From Eledone cirrhosa (lineage: Eukaryota), in assembly GCA_964016885.1 (NCBI GenBank), contig OZ024747.1:72602001-72666000 (forward strand): a stretch of 64,000 nt of DNA, in the 5' to 3' direction. The notes under the pieces are model-generated. The model was not told the DNA's origin and ran no database searches. It saw only the letters and a program-made list of their open reading frames with translations. Shown here one piece after another: positions 1-15,000 of this stretch. A program made the position numbers and the translations under genes. The first letter of the stretch is position 1. The number at the start of each line of letters is the position of its first letter.

Positions 1-3000
1 GACGACAATATAGAGACATTCAAAAGAGACGACAATGTAGAGACACATTCAAAAGAGACGACAATGTAGAGACATTCAAAAGAGACGACAATGTAGAGAC
101 ACATTCAAAAGAGACGACAATGTAGAGACATTCAAAAGAGACGACAATGTAGAGACATTCAAAAGAGACGACAATATAGAGACACATTCAAAAGAGACGA
201 CAATGTAGAGACATTCAAAAGAGACGACAATGTAGAGACACATTCAAAAGAGACGACAATATAGAGACATTCAAAAGAGACGACAATATAGAGACATTCA
301 AAAGAGACGACAATGTAGAGACACATTCAAAAGAGACGACGATGTAGAGACATTCAAAAGAGACGACAATGTAGAGACACATTCAAAAGAGACGACAATG
401 TAGAGACACATTCAAAAGAGACGACAATGTAGAAACATTCAAAAGAGACGACAATGTAGAGACACATTCAAAAAAGGAGACAATATAGAGACATTCAAAA
501 GAGACGACAATATAGAGACATTCAAAAGAGACGACAATGTAGAGACATTCAAAAGAGACGACAATGTAGAAACATTCAAAAGAGACGACAATGTAGAGAC
601 ACATTCAAAAGAGACGACAATGTAGAGACATTCAAAAGAGACGACAATGTAGAGACACATTCAAAAGAGACAACAATGTAGAGACACATTCAAAAGAGAC
701 GACAATGTAGAGACACATTCAAAAGTGACGACAATGTAGAGACATTCAAAAGAGACGACAATGTAGAGACACATTCAAAAGAGACGACAATGTAGAGACA
801 TTCAAAAGAGACGACAATGTAGAGACATTCAAAAGAGACGACAATGTAGAGACATTCAAAAGAGACGACAATGTAGAGACACATTCAAAAGAGACGACAA
901 TGTAGAGACATTTAAAAGAGACGACAATGTAGAGACATTCAAAAGAGACGACAATGTAGAGACATTCAAAAGAGACGACGATGTAGAGACACATTCAAAA
1001 GAGACGACAATGTAGAGACACATTCAAAAGAGACGACAATGTAGAGACATTCAAAAGAGACGACAATGTAGAGACACATTCAAAAGAGACGACAATGTAG
1101 AGACACATTCAAAAGAGACGACAATGTAGAGACATTCAAAAGAGACGACAATGTAGAGACATTCAAAAGAGACGACAATATAGAGACACATTCAAAAGAG
1201 ACGACAATGTAGAGACATTCAAAAGAGACGACAATGTAGAGACACATTCAAAAGAGACGACAATATAGAGACATTCAAAAGAGACGACAATATAGAGACA
1301 TTCAAAAGAGACGACAATGTAGAAACATTCAAAAAGACGACAATGTAGAGACACATTCAAAAGAGACGACAATATAGAGACTTTCAAAAGAGACGACAAT
1401 ATAGAGACATTCAAAAGAGACGACAATGTAGAAACACATTCAAAAGAGACGACAATGTAGAGACACATTCAAAAGAGACGACAATGTAGAGACACATTCA
1501 AAAGAGACGACAATGTAGAGACATTCAAAAGAGACGACAATGTAGACAATTCAAAAGAGACGACAATGTAGAGACATTCAAAAGAGACGACAATGTAGAG
1601 ACATTCAAAGGAGACGACAATGTAGAGACATTCAAAAGAGACGACAATGTAGAGACATTCAAAAGAGACGACAATATAGAGACACATTCAAAAGAGACGA
1701 CAATGTAGAGACATTCAAAAGAGACGACAATGTAGAGACACATTAAAAAGAGACGACAATGTAGAGACATTCAAAAGAGACGACAATGTAGAGACACATT
1801 CAAAAGAGACGACAATGTTGAGACATTCAAAAGAGACGACAATGTAGAGACACATTCAAAAGAGACGTCAATGTAGAGACATTCAAAAGAGACGACAATG
1901 TAGAGACACATTAAAAAGAGACGACAATGTAGAGACATTCAAAAGAGACGACAATGTAGAGACACATTCAAAAGAGACGACAATGTTGAGACATTCAAAA
2001 GAGACGACAATGTAGAGACACATTCAAAAGAGACGTCAATGTAGAGACATTCAATAGAGACGACAATGTAGAGACACATTTAAAAGAGACGACAATATAG
2101 AGACATTCAAAAGAGACGACAATGTAGAGACACATTCAAAAGAGACGACAATGTAGAGACATTCAAAAGAGACGGCAATGTAGAGACACATTCAAAAGAG
2201 ACGACAATGTAGAGACATTAAAAAGAGACGACAATGTAGAGACACATTCAAAAGAGACGACAATGTAGAAACACATTCAAAAGAGACGACAATGTAGAGA
2301 CACATTCAAAAGAGACGACAATGTAGAGACACATTCAAAAGAGACGACAATGTAGAAACACATTCAAAAGAGACGACAATGTAGAGACACATTCAAAAGA
2401 GACGACAATGTAGAGACATTCAAAAGAGACGACAATGTATAGACATTCAAAAGAGACGACAATGTAGAGACATTCAAAAGAGACGACAATGTAGAGACAT
2501 TCAAAAGAGACGACAATGTAGAAACATTCAAAAGAGACGACAATGTAGAGACATTCAAATGAGACGACGATGTAGAGACACATTCAAAAGAGACGACAAT
2601 GTAGAGACACATTCAAAAGAGACGACAATGTAGAGACATTCAAAAGAGACGACAATGTAGAGACACATTCAAAAGAGACGACAATGTAGAGACATTCAAA
2701 AGAGACGACAATGTAGAGACACATTCAAAAGAGACGACAATGTAGAGACACATTCAAAAGAGACGACAATGTAGAGACATTCAAAAGAGACGACAATGTA
2801 GAGACACATTCAAAAGAGACGACAATGTAGAGACACATTCAAAAGAGACGACAATGTAGAGACACATTCAAAAGAGCGACAATGTAGAGACATTCAAAAG
2901 AGACGACAATGTAGAGACACATTCAAAAGAGACGACAATGTAGAGACATTCAAAAGAGACGACAATGTAGAGACACATTCAAAAGAGACGACAATGTAGA

Positions 3001-6000
3001 GACATTCAAAAGAGACGACAATGTAGAGACATTCAAAAGAGACGACAATATAGAGACACATTCAAAAGAGACGACAATGTAGAGACACATTCAAAAGAGA
3101 CGACAATGTAGGGACACATTCAAAAGAGACGACAATATAGAGACATTCAAAAGAGACGACAATATAGAGACATTCAAAACAGACGACAATATAGAGACAC
3201 ATTCAAAAGAGACGACAATGTAGAGACATTCAAAAGAGACGACAATGTAGAGACATTCAAAAGAGACGACAATGTAGAGACATTCAAAAGAGACGACAAT
3301 GTAGAAACATTCAAAAGAGACGACAATGTAGAGACATTCAAATGAGACGACGATGTAGAGACACATTCAAAAGAGACGACAATGTAGAGACACATTCAAA
3401 AGAGACGACAATGTAGAGACATTCAAAAGAGACGACAATGTAGAGACACATTCAAAAGAGACGACAATGTAGAGACATTCAAAAGAGACGACAATGTAGA
3501 GACACATTCAAAAGAGACGACAATGTAGAGACACATTCAAAAGAGACGACAATGTAGAGACATTCAAAAGAGACGACAATGTAGAGACACATTCAAAAGA
3601 GACGACAATGTAGAGACACATTCAAAAGAGACGACAATGTAGAGACACATTCAAAAGAGCGACAATGTAGAGACATTCAAAAGAGACGACAATGTAGAGA
3701 CACATTCAAAAGAGACGACAATGTAGAGACATTCAAAAGAAACGACAATGTAGAGACACATTCAAAAGAGACGACAATGTAGAGACATTCAAAAGAGACG
3801 ACAATGTAGAGACATTCAAAAGAGACGACAATATAGAGACACATTCAAAAGAGACGACAATGTAGAGACACATTCAAAAGAGACGACAATGTAGGGACAC
3901 ATTCAAAAGAGACGACAATATAGAGACATTCAAAAGAGACGACAATATAGAGACATTAAAAAGAGACGACAATGTAGAGACACATTCAAATGAGACGACG
4001 ATGTAGAGACATTCAAAAGAGACGACAATGTAGAGACACATTCAAAAGAGACGACAATGTAGAGACACATTCAAAAGAGACGACAATGTAGAAACATTCA
4101 AAAGAGACGACAATGTAGAGACACATTCAAAAGAGACGACAATATAGAGACTTTCAAAAGAGACGACAATATAGAGACATTCAAAAGAGACGACAATGTA
4201 GAAACACATTCAAAAGAGACGACAATGTAGAGACACATTCAAAAGAGACGACAATATAGAGACATTCAAAAGAGACGACAATGTAGAGACACATTCAAAA
4301 GAGACGACAATGTAGAGACATTCAAAAGAGACGACAATGTAGAGACATTCAAAGGAGACGACAATGTAGAGACATTCAAAAGAGACGACAATGTAGAGAC
4401 ATTCAAAAGAAACGACAATATAGAGACACATTCAAAAGAGACGACAATGTAGAGACATTCAAAAGAGACGACAATATAGAGACACATTCTAAAGAGACGA
4501 CAATGTAGAGACATTCAAAAGAGACGACAATGTAGAGACACATTCAAAAGAGACGACAATATAGACACATTCAAAAGAGACGACAATGTAGAGACACATT
4601 CAAAAGAGACGACGATATAGAGACATTCAAAAGAGACGACAATTTAGAGACACATTCAAAAGAGACGACAATGTAGAGACACATTCAAAAGAGACGACAA
4701 TGTAGAAACATTCAAAAGAGACGACAATGTAGAGACACATTCAAAAGAGACGACAATATAGACACATTCAAAAGAGACGGCAATGTAGAGACACATTCAA
4801 AAGAGACGACAATGTAGAGACATTAAAAAGAGACGACAATGTAGAGACACATTCAAAAGAGACGACAATGTAGAAACACATTCAAAAGAGACGACAATGT
4901 AGAGACACATTCAAAAGAGACGACAATGTAGAGACACATTCAAAAGAGACGACAATGTAGAAACACATTCAAAAGAGACGACAATGTAGAGACACATTCA
5001 AAAGAGACGACAATGTAGAGACATTCAAAAGAGACGACAATGTATAGACATTCAAAAGAGACGACAATGTAGAGACACATTCAAAAGAGACGACAATGTA
5101 GAGACATTCAAAAGAGACGGCAATGTAGAGACACATTCAAAAGAGACGACAATGTAGAGACATTAAAAAGAGACGACAATGTAGAGACACATTCAAAAGA
5201 GACGACAATGTAGAAACACATTCAAAAGAGACGACAATGTAGAGACACATTCAAAAGAGACGACAATGTAGAGACACATTCAAAAGAGACGACAATGTAG
5301 AAACACATTCAAAAGAGACGACAATGTAGAGACACATTCAAAAGAGACGACAATGTAGAGACATTCAAAAGAGACGACAATGTATAGACATTCAAAAGAG
5401 ACGACAATGTAGAGACATTCAAAAGAGACGACAATGTAGAAACATTCAAAAGAGACGACAATGTAGAGACATTCAAATGAGACGACGATGTAGAGACACA
5501 TTCAAAAGAGACGACAATGTAGAGACACATTCAAAAGAGACGACAATGTAGAGACATTCAAAAGAGACGACAATGTAGAGACACATTCAAAAGAGACGAC
5601 AATGTAGAGACATTCAAAAGAGACGACAATGTAGAGACACATTCAAAAGAGACGACAATGTAGAGACACATTCAAAAGAGACGACAATGTAGAGACATTC
5701 AAAAGAGACGACAATGTAGAGACACATTCAAAAGAGACGACAATGTAGAGACACATTCAAAAGAGACGACAATGTAGAGACACATTCAAAAGAGCGACAA
5801 TGTAGAGACATTCAAAAGAGACGACAATGTAGAGACACATTCAAAAGAGACGACAATGTAGAGACATTCAAAAGAGACGAAAATGTAGAGACACATTCAA
5901 AAGAGACGACAATGTAGAGACATTCAAAAGAGACGACAATGTAGAGACATTCAAAAGAGACGACAATATAGAGACACATTCAAAAGAGACGACAATGTAG

Positions 6001-9000
6001 AGACACATTCAAAAGAGACGACAATGTAGGGACACATTCAAAAGAGACGACAATATAGAGACATTCAAAAGAGACGACAATATAGAGACATTCAAAAGAG
6101 ACGACAATATAGAGACACATTCAAAAGAGACGACAATGTAGAGACATTCAAAAGAGACGACAATGTAGAGACATTCAAAAGAGACGACAATGTAGAGACA
6201 TTCAAAAGAGACGACAATGTAGAAACATTCAAAAGAGACGACAATGTAGAGACATTCAAATGAGACGACGATGTAGAGACACATTCAAAAGAGACGACAA
6301 TGTAGAGACACATTCAAAAGAGACGACAATGTAGAGACATTCAAAAGAGACGACAATGTAGAGACACATTCAAAAGAGACGACAATCTAGAGACATTCAA
6401 AAGAGACGACAATGTAGAGACACATTCAAAAGAGACGACAATGTAGAGACACATTCAAAAGAGACGACAATGTAGAGACATTCAAAAGAGACGACAATGT
6501 AGAGACACATTCAAAAGAGACGACAATGTAGAGACACATTCAAGAGAGACGACAATGTAGAGACACATTCAAAAGAGCGACAATGTAGAGACATTCAAAA
6601 GAGACGACAATGTAGAGACACATTCAAAAGAGACGACAATGTAGAGACATTCAAAAGAGACGACAATGTAGAGACACATTCAAAAGAGACGACAATGTAG
6701 AGACATTCAAAAGAGACGACAATGTAGAGACATTCAAAAGAGACGACAATATAGAGACACATTCAAAAGAGACGACAATGTAGAGACACATTCAAAAGAG
6801 ACGACAATGTAGGGACACATTCAAAAGAGACGACAATATAGAGACATTCAAAAGAGACGACAATATAGAGACATTCAAAAGAGACGACAATGTAGAGACA
6901 CATTCAAATGAGACGACGATGTAGAGACATTCAAAAGAGACGACAATGTAGAGACACATTCAAAAGAGACGACAATGTAGAGACACATTCAAAAGAGACG
7001 ACAATGTAGAAACATTCAAAAGAGACGACAATGTAGAGACACATTCAAAAGAGACGACAATATAGAGACTTTCAAAAGAGACGAAAATATAGAGACATTC
7101 AAAAGAGACGACAATGTAGAAACACATTCAAAAGAGACGACAATGTAGAGACACATTCAAAAGAGACGACAATATAGAGACATTCAAAAGAGACGACAAT
7201 GTAGAGACACATTCAAAAGAGACGACAATGTAGAGACATTCAAAAGAGACGACAATGTAGAGACATTCAAAGGAGACGACAATGTAGAGACATTCAAAAG
7301 AGACGACAATGTAGAGACATTCAAAAGAGACGACAATATAGAGACACATTCAAAAGAGACGACAATGTAGAGACATTCAAAAGAGACGACAATATAGAGA
7401 CACATTCAAAAGAGACGACAATGTAGAGACATTCAAAAGAGACGACAATGTAGAGACACATTCAAAAGAGACGACAATATAGACACATTCAAAAGAGACG
7501 ACAATGTAGAGACACATTCAAAAGAGACGACGATATAGAGACATTCAAAAGAGACGACAATTTAGAGACACATTCAAAAGAGACGACAATGTAGAGACAC
7601 ATTCAAAAGAGACGACAATGTAGAAACATTCAAAAGAGACGACAATGTAGAGACACATTCAAAAGAGACGACAATATAGACACATTCAAAAGAGACGACA
7701 ATATAGAGACATTCAAAAGAGACGACAATGTAGAGACATTCAAAAGAGACGACAATGTAGAAACATTCAAAAGAGACGACAATGTAGAGACACATTCAAA
7801 AGAGACGACAATGTAGAGACATTCAAAAGAGACGACAATGTAGAGACACATTCAAAAGAGACGACAATGTAGAGACACATTCAAAAGAGACGACAATGTA
7901 GAGACATTCAAAAGAGACGACAATGTAGAGACACATTCAAAAGAGACGACAATGTAGAGACACATTCAAAAGAGACGACAATGTAGAGACACATTCAAAA
8001 GAGCGACAATGTAGAGACATTCAAAAGAGACGACAATGTAGAGACACATTCAAAAGAGACGACAATGTAGAGACACATTCAAAAGAGACGACAATGTAGA
8101 GACATTCAAAAGAGACGACAATGTAGAGACATTCAAAAGAGACGACAATATAGAGACACATTCAAAAGAGACGACAATGTAGAGACACATTCAAAAGAGA
8201 CGACAATGTAGGGACACATTCAAAAGAGACGACAATATAGAGACATTCAAAAGAGACGACAATATAGAGACATTCAAAAGAGACGACAATGTAGAGACAC
8301 ATTCAAATGAGACGACGATGTAGAGACATTCAAAAGAGACGACAATGTAGAGACACATTCAAAAGAGACGACAATGTAGAGACACATTCAAAAGAGACGA
8401 CAATGTAGAAACATTCAAAAGAGACGACAATGTAGAGACACATTCAAAAGAGACGACAATATAGAGACTTTCAAAAGAGACGACAATATAGAGACATTCA
8501 AAAGAGACGACAATGTAGAAACACATTCAAAAGAGACGACAATGTAGAGACACATTCAAAAGAGACGACAATATAGAGACATTCAAAAGAGACGACAATG
8601 TAGAGACACATTCAAAAGAGACGACAATGTAGAGACATTCAAAAGAGACGACAATGTAGAGACATTCAAAGGAGACGACAATGTAGAGACATTCAAAAGA
8701 GACGACAATGTAGAGACATTCAAAAGAGACGACAATATAGAGACACATTCAAAAGAGACGACAATGTAGAGACATTCAAAAGAGACGACAATATAGAGAC
8801 ACATTCAAAAGAGACGACAATGTAGAGACATTCAAAAGAGACGACAATGTAGAGACACATTCAAAAGAGACGACAATATAGACACATTCAAAAGAGACGA
8901 CAATGTAGAGACACATTCAAAAGAGACGACGATATAGAGACATTCAAAAGAGACGACAATTTAGAGACACATTCAAAAGAGACGACAATGTAGAGACACA

Positions 9001-12000
9001 TTCAAAAGAGACGACAATGTAGGGACACATTCAAAAGAGACGACAATATAGAGACATTCAAAAGAGACGACAATATAGAGACATTCAAAAGAGACGACAA
9101 TGTAGAGACACATTCAAATGAGACGACGATGTAGAGACATTCAAAAGAGACGACAATGTAGAGACACATTCAAAAGAGACGACAATGTAGAGACACATTC
9201 AAAAGAGACGACAATGTAGAAACATTCAAAAGAGACGACAATGTAGAGACACATTCAAAAGAGACGACAATATAGAGACTTTCAAAAGAGACGACAATAT
9301 AGAGACATTCAAAAGAGACGACAATGTAGAAACACATTCAAAAGAGACGACAATGTAGAGACACATTCAAAAGAGACGACAATATAGAGACATTCAAAAG
9401 AGACGACAATGTAGAGACACATTCAAAAGAGACGACAATGTAGAGACACATTCAAAAGTGACGACAATGTGGAGACATTCAAAAGAGAGGACAATGTAGA
9501 GACACCTTCAAAAGAGACGACAATGTAGAGACATTCAAAAGAGACGACAATGTAGAAACATTCAAAAGAGACGACAATGTAGAGACATTCAAAAGAGACG
9601 ACGATGTAGAGACACATTCAAAAGAGACGACAATGTAGAGACACATTCAAAAGAGACGACAATGTAGAGACATTCAAAAGAGACGACAATGTAGAGACAC
9701 ATTCAAAAGAGACGACAATGTAGAGACATTCAAAAGAGACGACAATGTAGAGACACATTCAAAAGAGACGACAATGTAGAGACATTCAAAAGAGACGACA
9801 ATGTAGAGACATTCAAAGGAGACGACAATGTAGAGACATTCAAAAGAGACGACAATGTAGAGACATTCAAAAGAGACGACAATATAGAGACACATTCAAA
9901 AGAGACGACAATGTAGAGACATTCAAAAGAGACGACAATATAGAGACACATTCAAAAGAGACGACAATGTAGAGACATTCAAAAGAGACGACAATGTAGA
10001 GACACATTCAAAAGAGACGACAATATAGACACATTCAAAAGAGACGACAATGTAGAGACACATTCAAAAGAGACGACGATATAGAGACATTCAAAAGAGA
10101 CGACAATTTAGAGACACATTCAAAAGAGACGACAATGTAGAGACACATTCAAAAGAGACGACAATGTAGAAACATTCAAAAGAGACGACAATGTAGAGAC
10201 ACATTCAAAAGAGACGACAATATAGAGACATTCAAAAGAGACGACAATGTAGAGACATTCAAAAGAGACGACAATGTAGAAACATTCAAAAGAGACGACA
10301 ATGTAGAGACACATTCAAAAGAGACGACAATGTAGAGACATTCAAAAGAGACGACAATGTAGAGACACATTCAAAAGAGACGACAATGTAGAGACACATT
10401 CAAAAGAGACGACAATGTAGAGACACATTCAAAAGTGACGACAATGTGGAGACATTCAAAAGAGAGGACAATGTAGAGACACCTTCAAAAGAGACGACAA
10501 TGTAGAGACATTCAAAAGAGACGACAATGTAGAAACATTCAAAAGAGACGACAATGTAGAGACATTCAAAAGAGACGACGATGTAGAGACACATTCAAAA
10601 GAGACGACAATGTAGAGACACATTCAAAAGAGACGACAATGTAGAGACATTCAAAAGAGACGACAATGTAGAGACACATTCAAAAGAGACGACAATGTAG
10701 AGACATTCAAAAGAGACGACAATGTAGAGACACATTCAAAAGAGACGACAATGTAGAGACACATTCAAAAGAGACGACAATGTAGAGACATTCAAAAGAG
10801 ACGACAATGTAGAGACACATTCAAAAGAGACGACAATGTAGAGACACATTCAAAAGAGACGACAATGTAGAGACACATTTAAAAGAGCGACAATGTAGAG
10901 ACGTTCAAAAGAGACGACAATGTAGAGACACATTCAAAAGAGACGACAATGTAGAGACATTCAAAAGAGACGACAATATAGAGACACATTCAAAAGAGAC
11001 GACATTGTAGAGACATTCAAAAGAGACGACAATGTAGAGACATTCAAAAGAGACGACAATATAGAGACACATTCAAAAGAGACGACAATGTAGAGACATT
11101 CAAAAGAGACGACAATGTAGAGACACATTCAAACGAGACGACAATATAGAGACATTCAAAAGAGACGACAATATAGAGACATTCAAAAGAGACGACAATG
11201 TAGAGACACATTCAAAAGAGACGACGATGTAGAGACATTCAAAAGAGACGACAATGTAGAGACACATTCAAAAGAGACGACAATGTAGAAACATTCAAAA
11301 GAGACGACAATGTAGAGACACATTCAAAAGAGACGACAATATAGAGACTTTCAAAAGAGACGACAATATAGAGACATTCAAAAGAGACGACAATGTAGAA
11401 ACACATTCAAAAGAGACGACAATGTAGAGACACATTCAAAAGAGACGACAATGTAGAGACACATTCAAAAGAGACGACAATATAGAGACATTCAAAAGAG
11501 ACGACAATGTAGAGACACATTCAAAAGAGACGACAATGTAGGGACATTCAAAAGAGACGACAATGTAGAGACATTCAAAGGAGACGACAATGTAGAGACA
11601 TTCAAAAGAGACGACAATGTAGAGACATTCAAAAGAGACGACAATATAGAGACACATTCAAAAGAGACGACAATGTAGAGACATTCAAAAGAGACGACAA
11701 TGTAGAGACACATTAAAAAGAGACGACAATGTAGAGACATTCAAAAGAGACGACAATGTAGAGACACATTCAAAAGAGACGACAATGTAGAGACATTCAA
11801 AAGAGACGACAATGTAGAGACACATTCAAAAGAGACGACAATGTAGAGACATTCAAAAGAGACAACAATGTAGAGACACATTCAAAAGAGACGACAATAT
11901 AGAGACATTCAAAAGAGACGACAATGTAGAGACACATTCAAAAGAGACGACAATGTAGAGACATTCAAAAGAGACGACAATGTAGAGACACATTCAAAAG

Positions 12001-15000
12001 AGACGACAATGTAGAGACATTCAAAAGAGACGACAATGTAGAGACATTCAAAAGAGACGACAATGTAGAGACATTCAAAAGAGACGACAATGTAGAGACA
12101 TTCAAAGGAGACGACAATGTAGAGACATTCAAAAGAGACGACAATGTAGAGACATTCAAAAGAGACGACAATATAGAGACACATTCAAAAGAGACGACAA
12201 TGTAGAGACATTCAAAAGAGACGACAATGTAGAGACACATTAAAAAGAGACGACAATGTAGAGACATTCAAAAGAGACGACAATGTAGAGACACATTCAA
12301 AAGAGACGACAATGTTGAGACATTCAAAAGAGACGACAATGTAGAGACACATTCAAAAGAGACGTCAATGTAGAGACATTCAAAAGAGACGACAATGTAG
12401 AGACACATTTAAAAGAGACGACAATATAGAGACATTCAAAAGAGACGACAATGTAGAGACACATTCAAAAGAGACGACAATGTAGAGACATTCAAAAGAG
12501 ACGGCAATGTAGAGACACATTCAAAAGAGACGACAATGTAGAGACATTCAAAAGAGACGACAATGTAGAGACACATTCAAAAGAGACGACAATGTAGAAA
12601 CACATTCAAAAGAGACGACAATGTAGAGACACATTCAAAAGAGATGACAATGTAGAGACACATTCAAAAGAGACGACAATGTAGAAACACATTCAAAAGA
12701 GACGACAATGTAGAGACACATTCAAAAGAGACGACAATGTAGAGACATTCAAAAGAGACGACAATGTATAGACATTCAAAATAGACGACAATGTAGAGAC
12801 ATTCAAAAGAGACGACAATGTAGAGACATTCAAAAGAGACGACAATGTAGAAACATTCAAAAGAGACGACAATGTAGAGACATTCAAATGAGACGACGAT
12901 GTAGAGACACATTCAAAAGAGACGACAATGTAGAGACACATTCAAAAGAGACGACAATGTAGAGACATTCAAAAGAGACGACAATGTAGAAACATTCAAA
13001 AGAGACGACAATATAGAGACATTCAAAAGAGACGACAATGTAGAGACATTCAAAAGAGACGACAATGTAGAAACATTCAAAAGAGACGACAATGTAGAGA
13101 CACATTCAAAAGAGACGACAATGTAGAGACATTCAAAAGAGACGACAATGTAGAGACATTCAAAAGAGAGGACAATGTAGAGACACATTCAAAAGAGACG
13201 ACAATGTAGAGACACATTCAAAAGTGACGACAATGTGGAGACATTCAAAAGAGAGGACAATGTAGAGACACCTTCAAAAGAGACGACAATGTAGAGACAT
13301 TCAAAAGAGACGACAATGTAGAAACATTCAAAAGAGACGACAATGTAGAGACATTCAAAAGAGACGACGATGTAGAGACACATTCAAAAGAGACGACAAT
13401 GTAGAGACACATTCAAAAGAGACGACAATGTAGAGACATTCAAAAGAGACGACAATGTAGAGACACATTCAAAAGAGACGACAATGTAGAGACATTCAAA
13501 AGAGACGACAATGTAGAGACACATTCAAAAGAGACGACAATGTAGAGACACATTCAAAAGAGACGACAATGAAGAGACATTCAAAAGAGACGACAATGTA
13601 GAGACACATTCAAAAGAGACGACAATGTAGAGACACATTCAAAAGAGACGACAATGTAGAGACACATTTAAAAGAGCGACAATGTAGAGACGTTCAAAAG
13701 AGACGACAATGTAGAGACACATTCAAAAGAGACGACAATGTAGAGACATTCAAAAGAGACGACAATATAGAGACACATTCAAAAGAGACGACATTGTAGA
13801 GACATTCAAAAGAGACGACAATGTAGAGACATTCAAAAGAGACGACAATATAGAGACACATTCAAAAGAGACGACAATGTAGAGACATTCAAAAGAGACG
13901 ACAATGTAGAGACACATTCAAAAGAGACGACAATATAGAGACATTCAAAAGAGACGACAATATAGAGACATTCAAAAGAGACGACAATGTAGAGACACAT
14001 TCAAAAGAGACGACGATGTAGAGACATTCAAAAGAGACGACAATGTAGAGACACATTCAAAAGAGACGACAATGTAGAAACATTCAAAAGAGACGACAAT
14101 GTAGAGACACATTCAAAAGAGACGACAATATAGAGACTTTCAAAAGAGACGACAATATAGAGACATTCAAAAGAGACGACAATGTAGAAACACATTCAAA
14201 AGAGACGACAATGTAGAGACACATTCAAAAGAGACGACAATGTAGAGACACATTCAAAAGAGACGACAATATAGAGACATTCAAAAGAGACGACAATGTA
14301 GAGACACATTCAAAAGAGACGACAATGTAGGGACATTCAAAAGAGACGACAATGTAGAGACATTCAAAGGAGACGACAATGTAGAGACATTCAAAAGAGA
14401 CGACAATGTAGAGACATTCAAAAGAGACGACAATATAGAGACACATTCAAAAGAGACGACAATGTAGAGACATTCAAAAGAGACGACAATGTAGAGACAC
14501 ATTAAAAAGAGACGACAATGTAGAGACATTCAAAAGAGACGACAATGTAGAGACACATTCAAAAGAGACGACAATGTAGAGACATTCAAAAGAGACGACA
14601 ATGTAGAGACACATTCAAAAGAGACGACAATGTAGAGACATTCAAAAGAGACAACAATGTAGAGACACATTCAAAAGAGACGACAATATAGAGACATTCA
14701 AAAGAGACGACAATGTAGAGACACATTCAAAAGAGACGACAATGTAGAGACATTCAAAAGAGACGACAATGTAGAGACACATTCAAAAGAGACGACAATG
14801 TAGAGACATTCAAAAGAGACGACAATGTAGAGACATTCAAAAGAGACGACAATATAGAGACACATTCAAAAGAGACGACAATGTAGAGACATTCAAAAGA
14901 GACGACAATGTAGAGACACATTCAAAAGAGACGACAATATAGAGACATTCAAAAGAGACGACAATATAGAGACATTCAAAAGAGACGACAATGTAGAGAC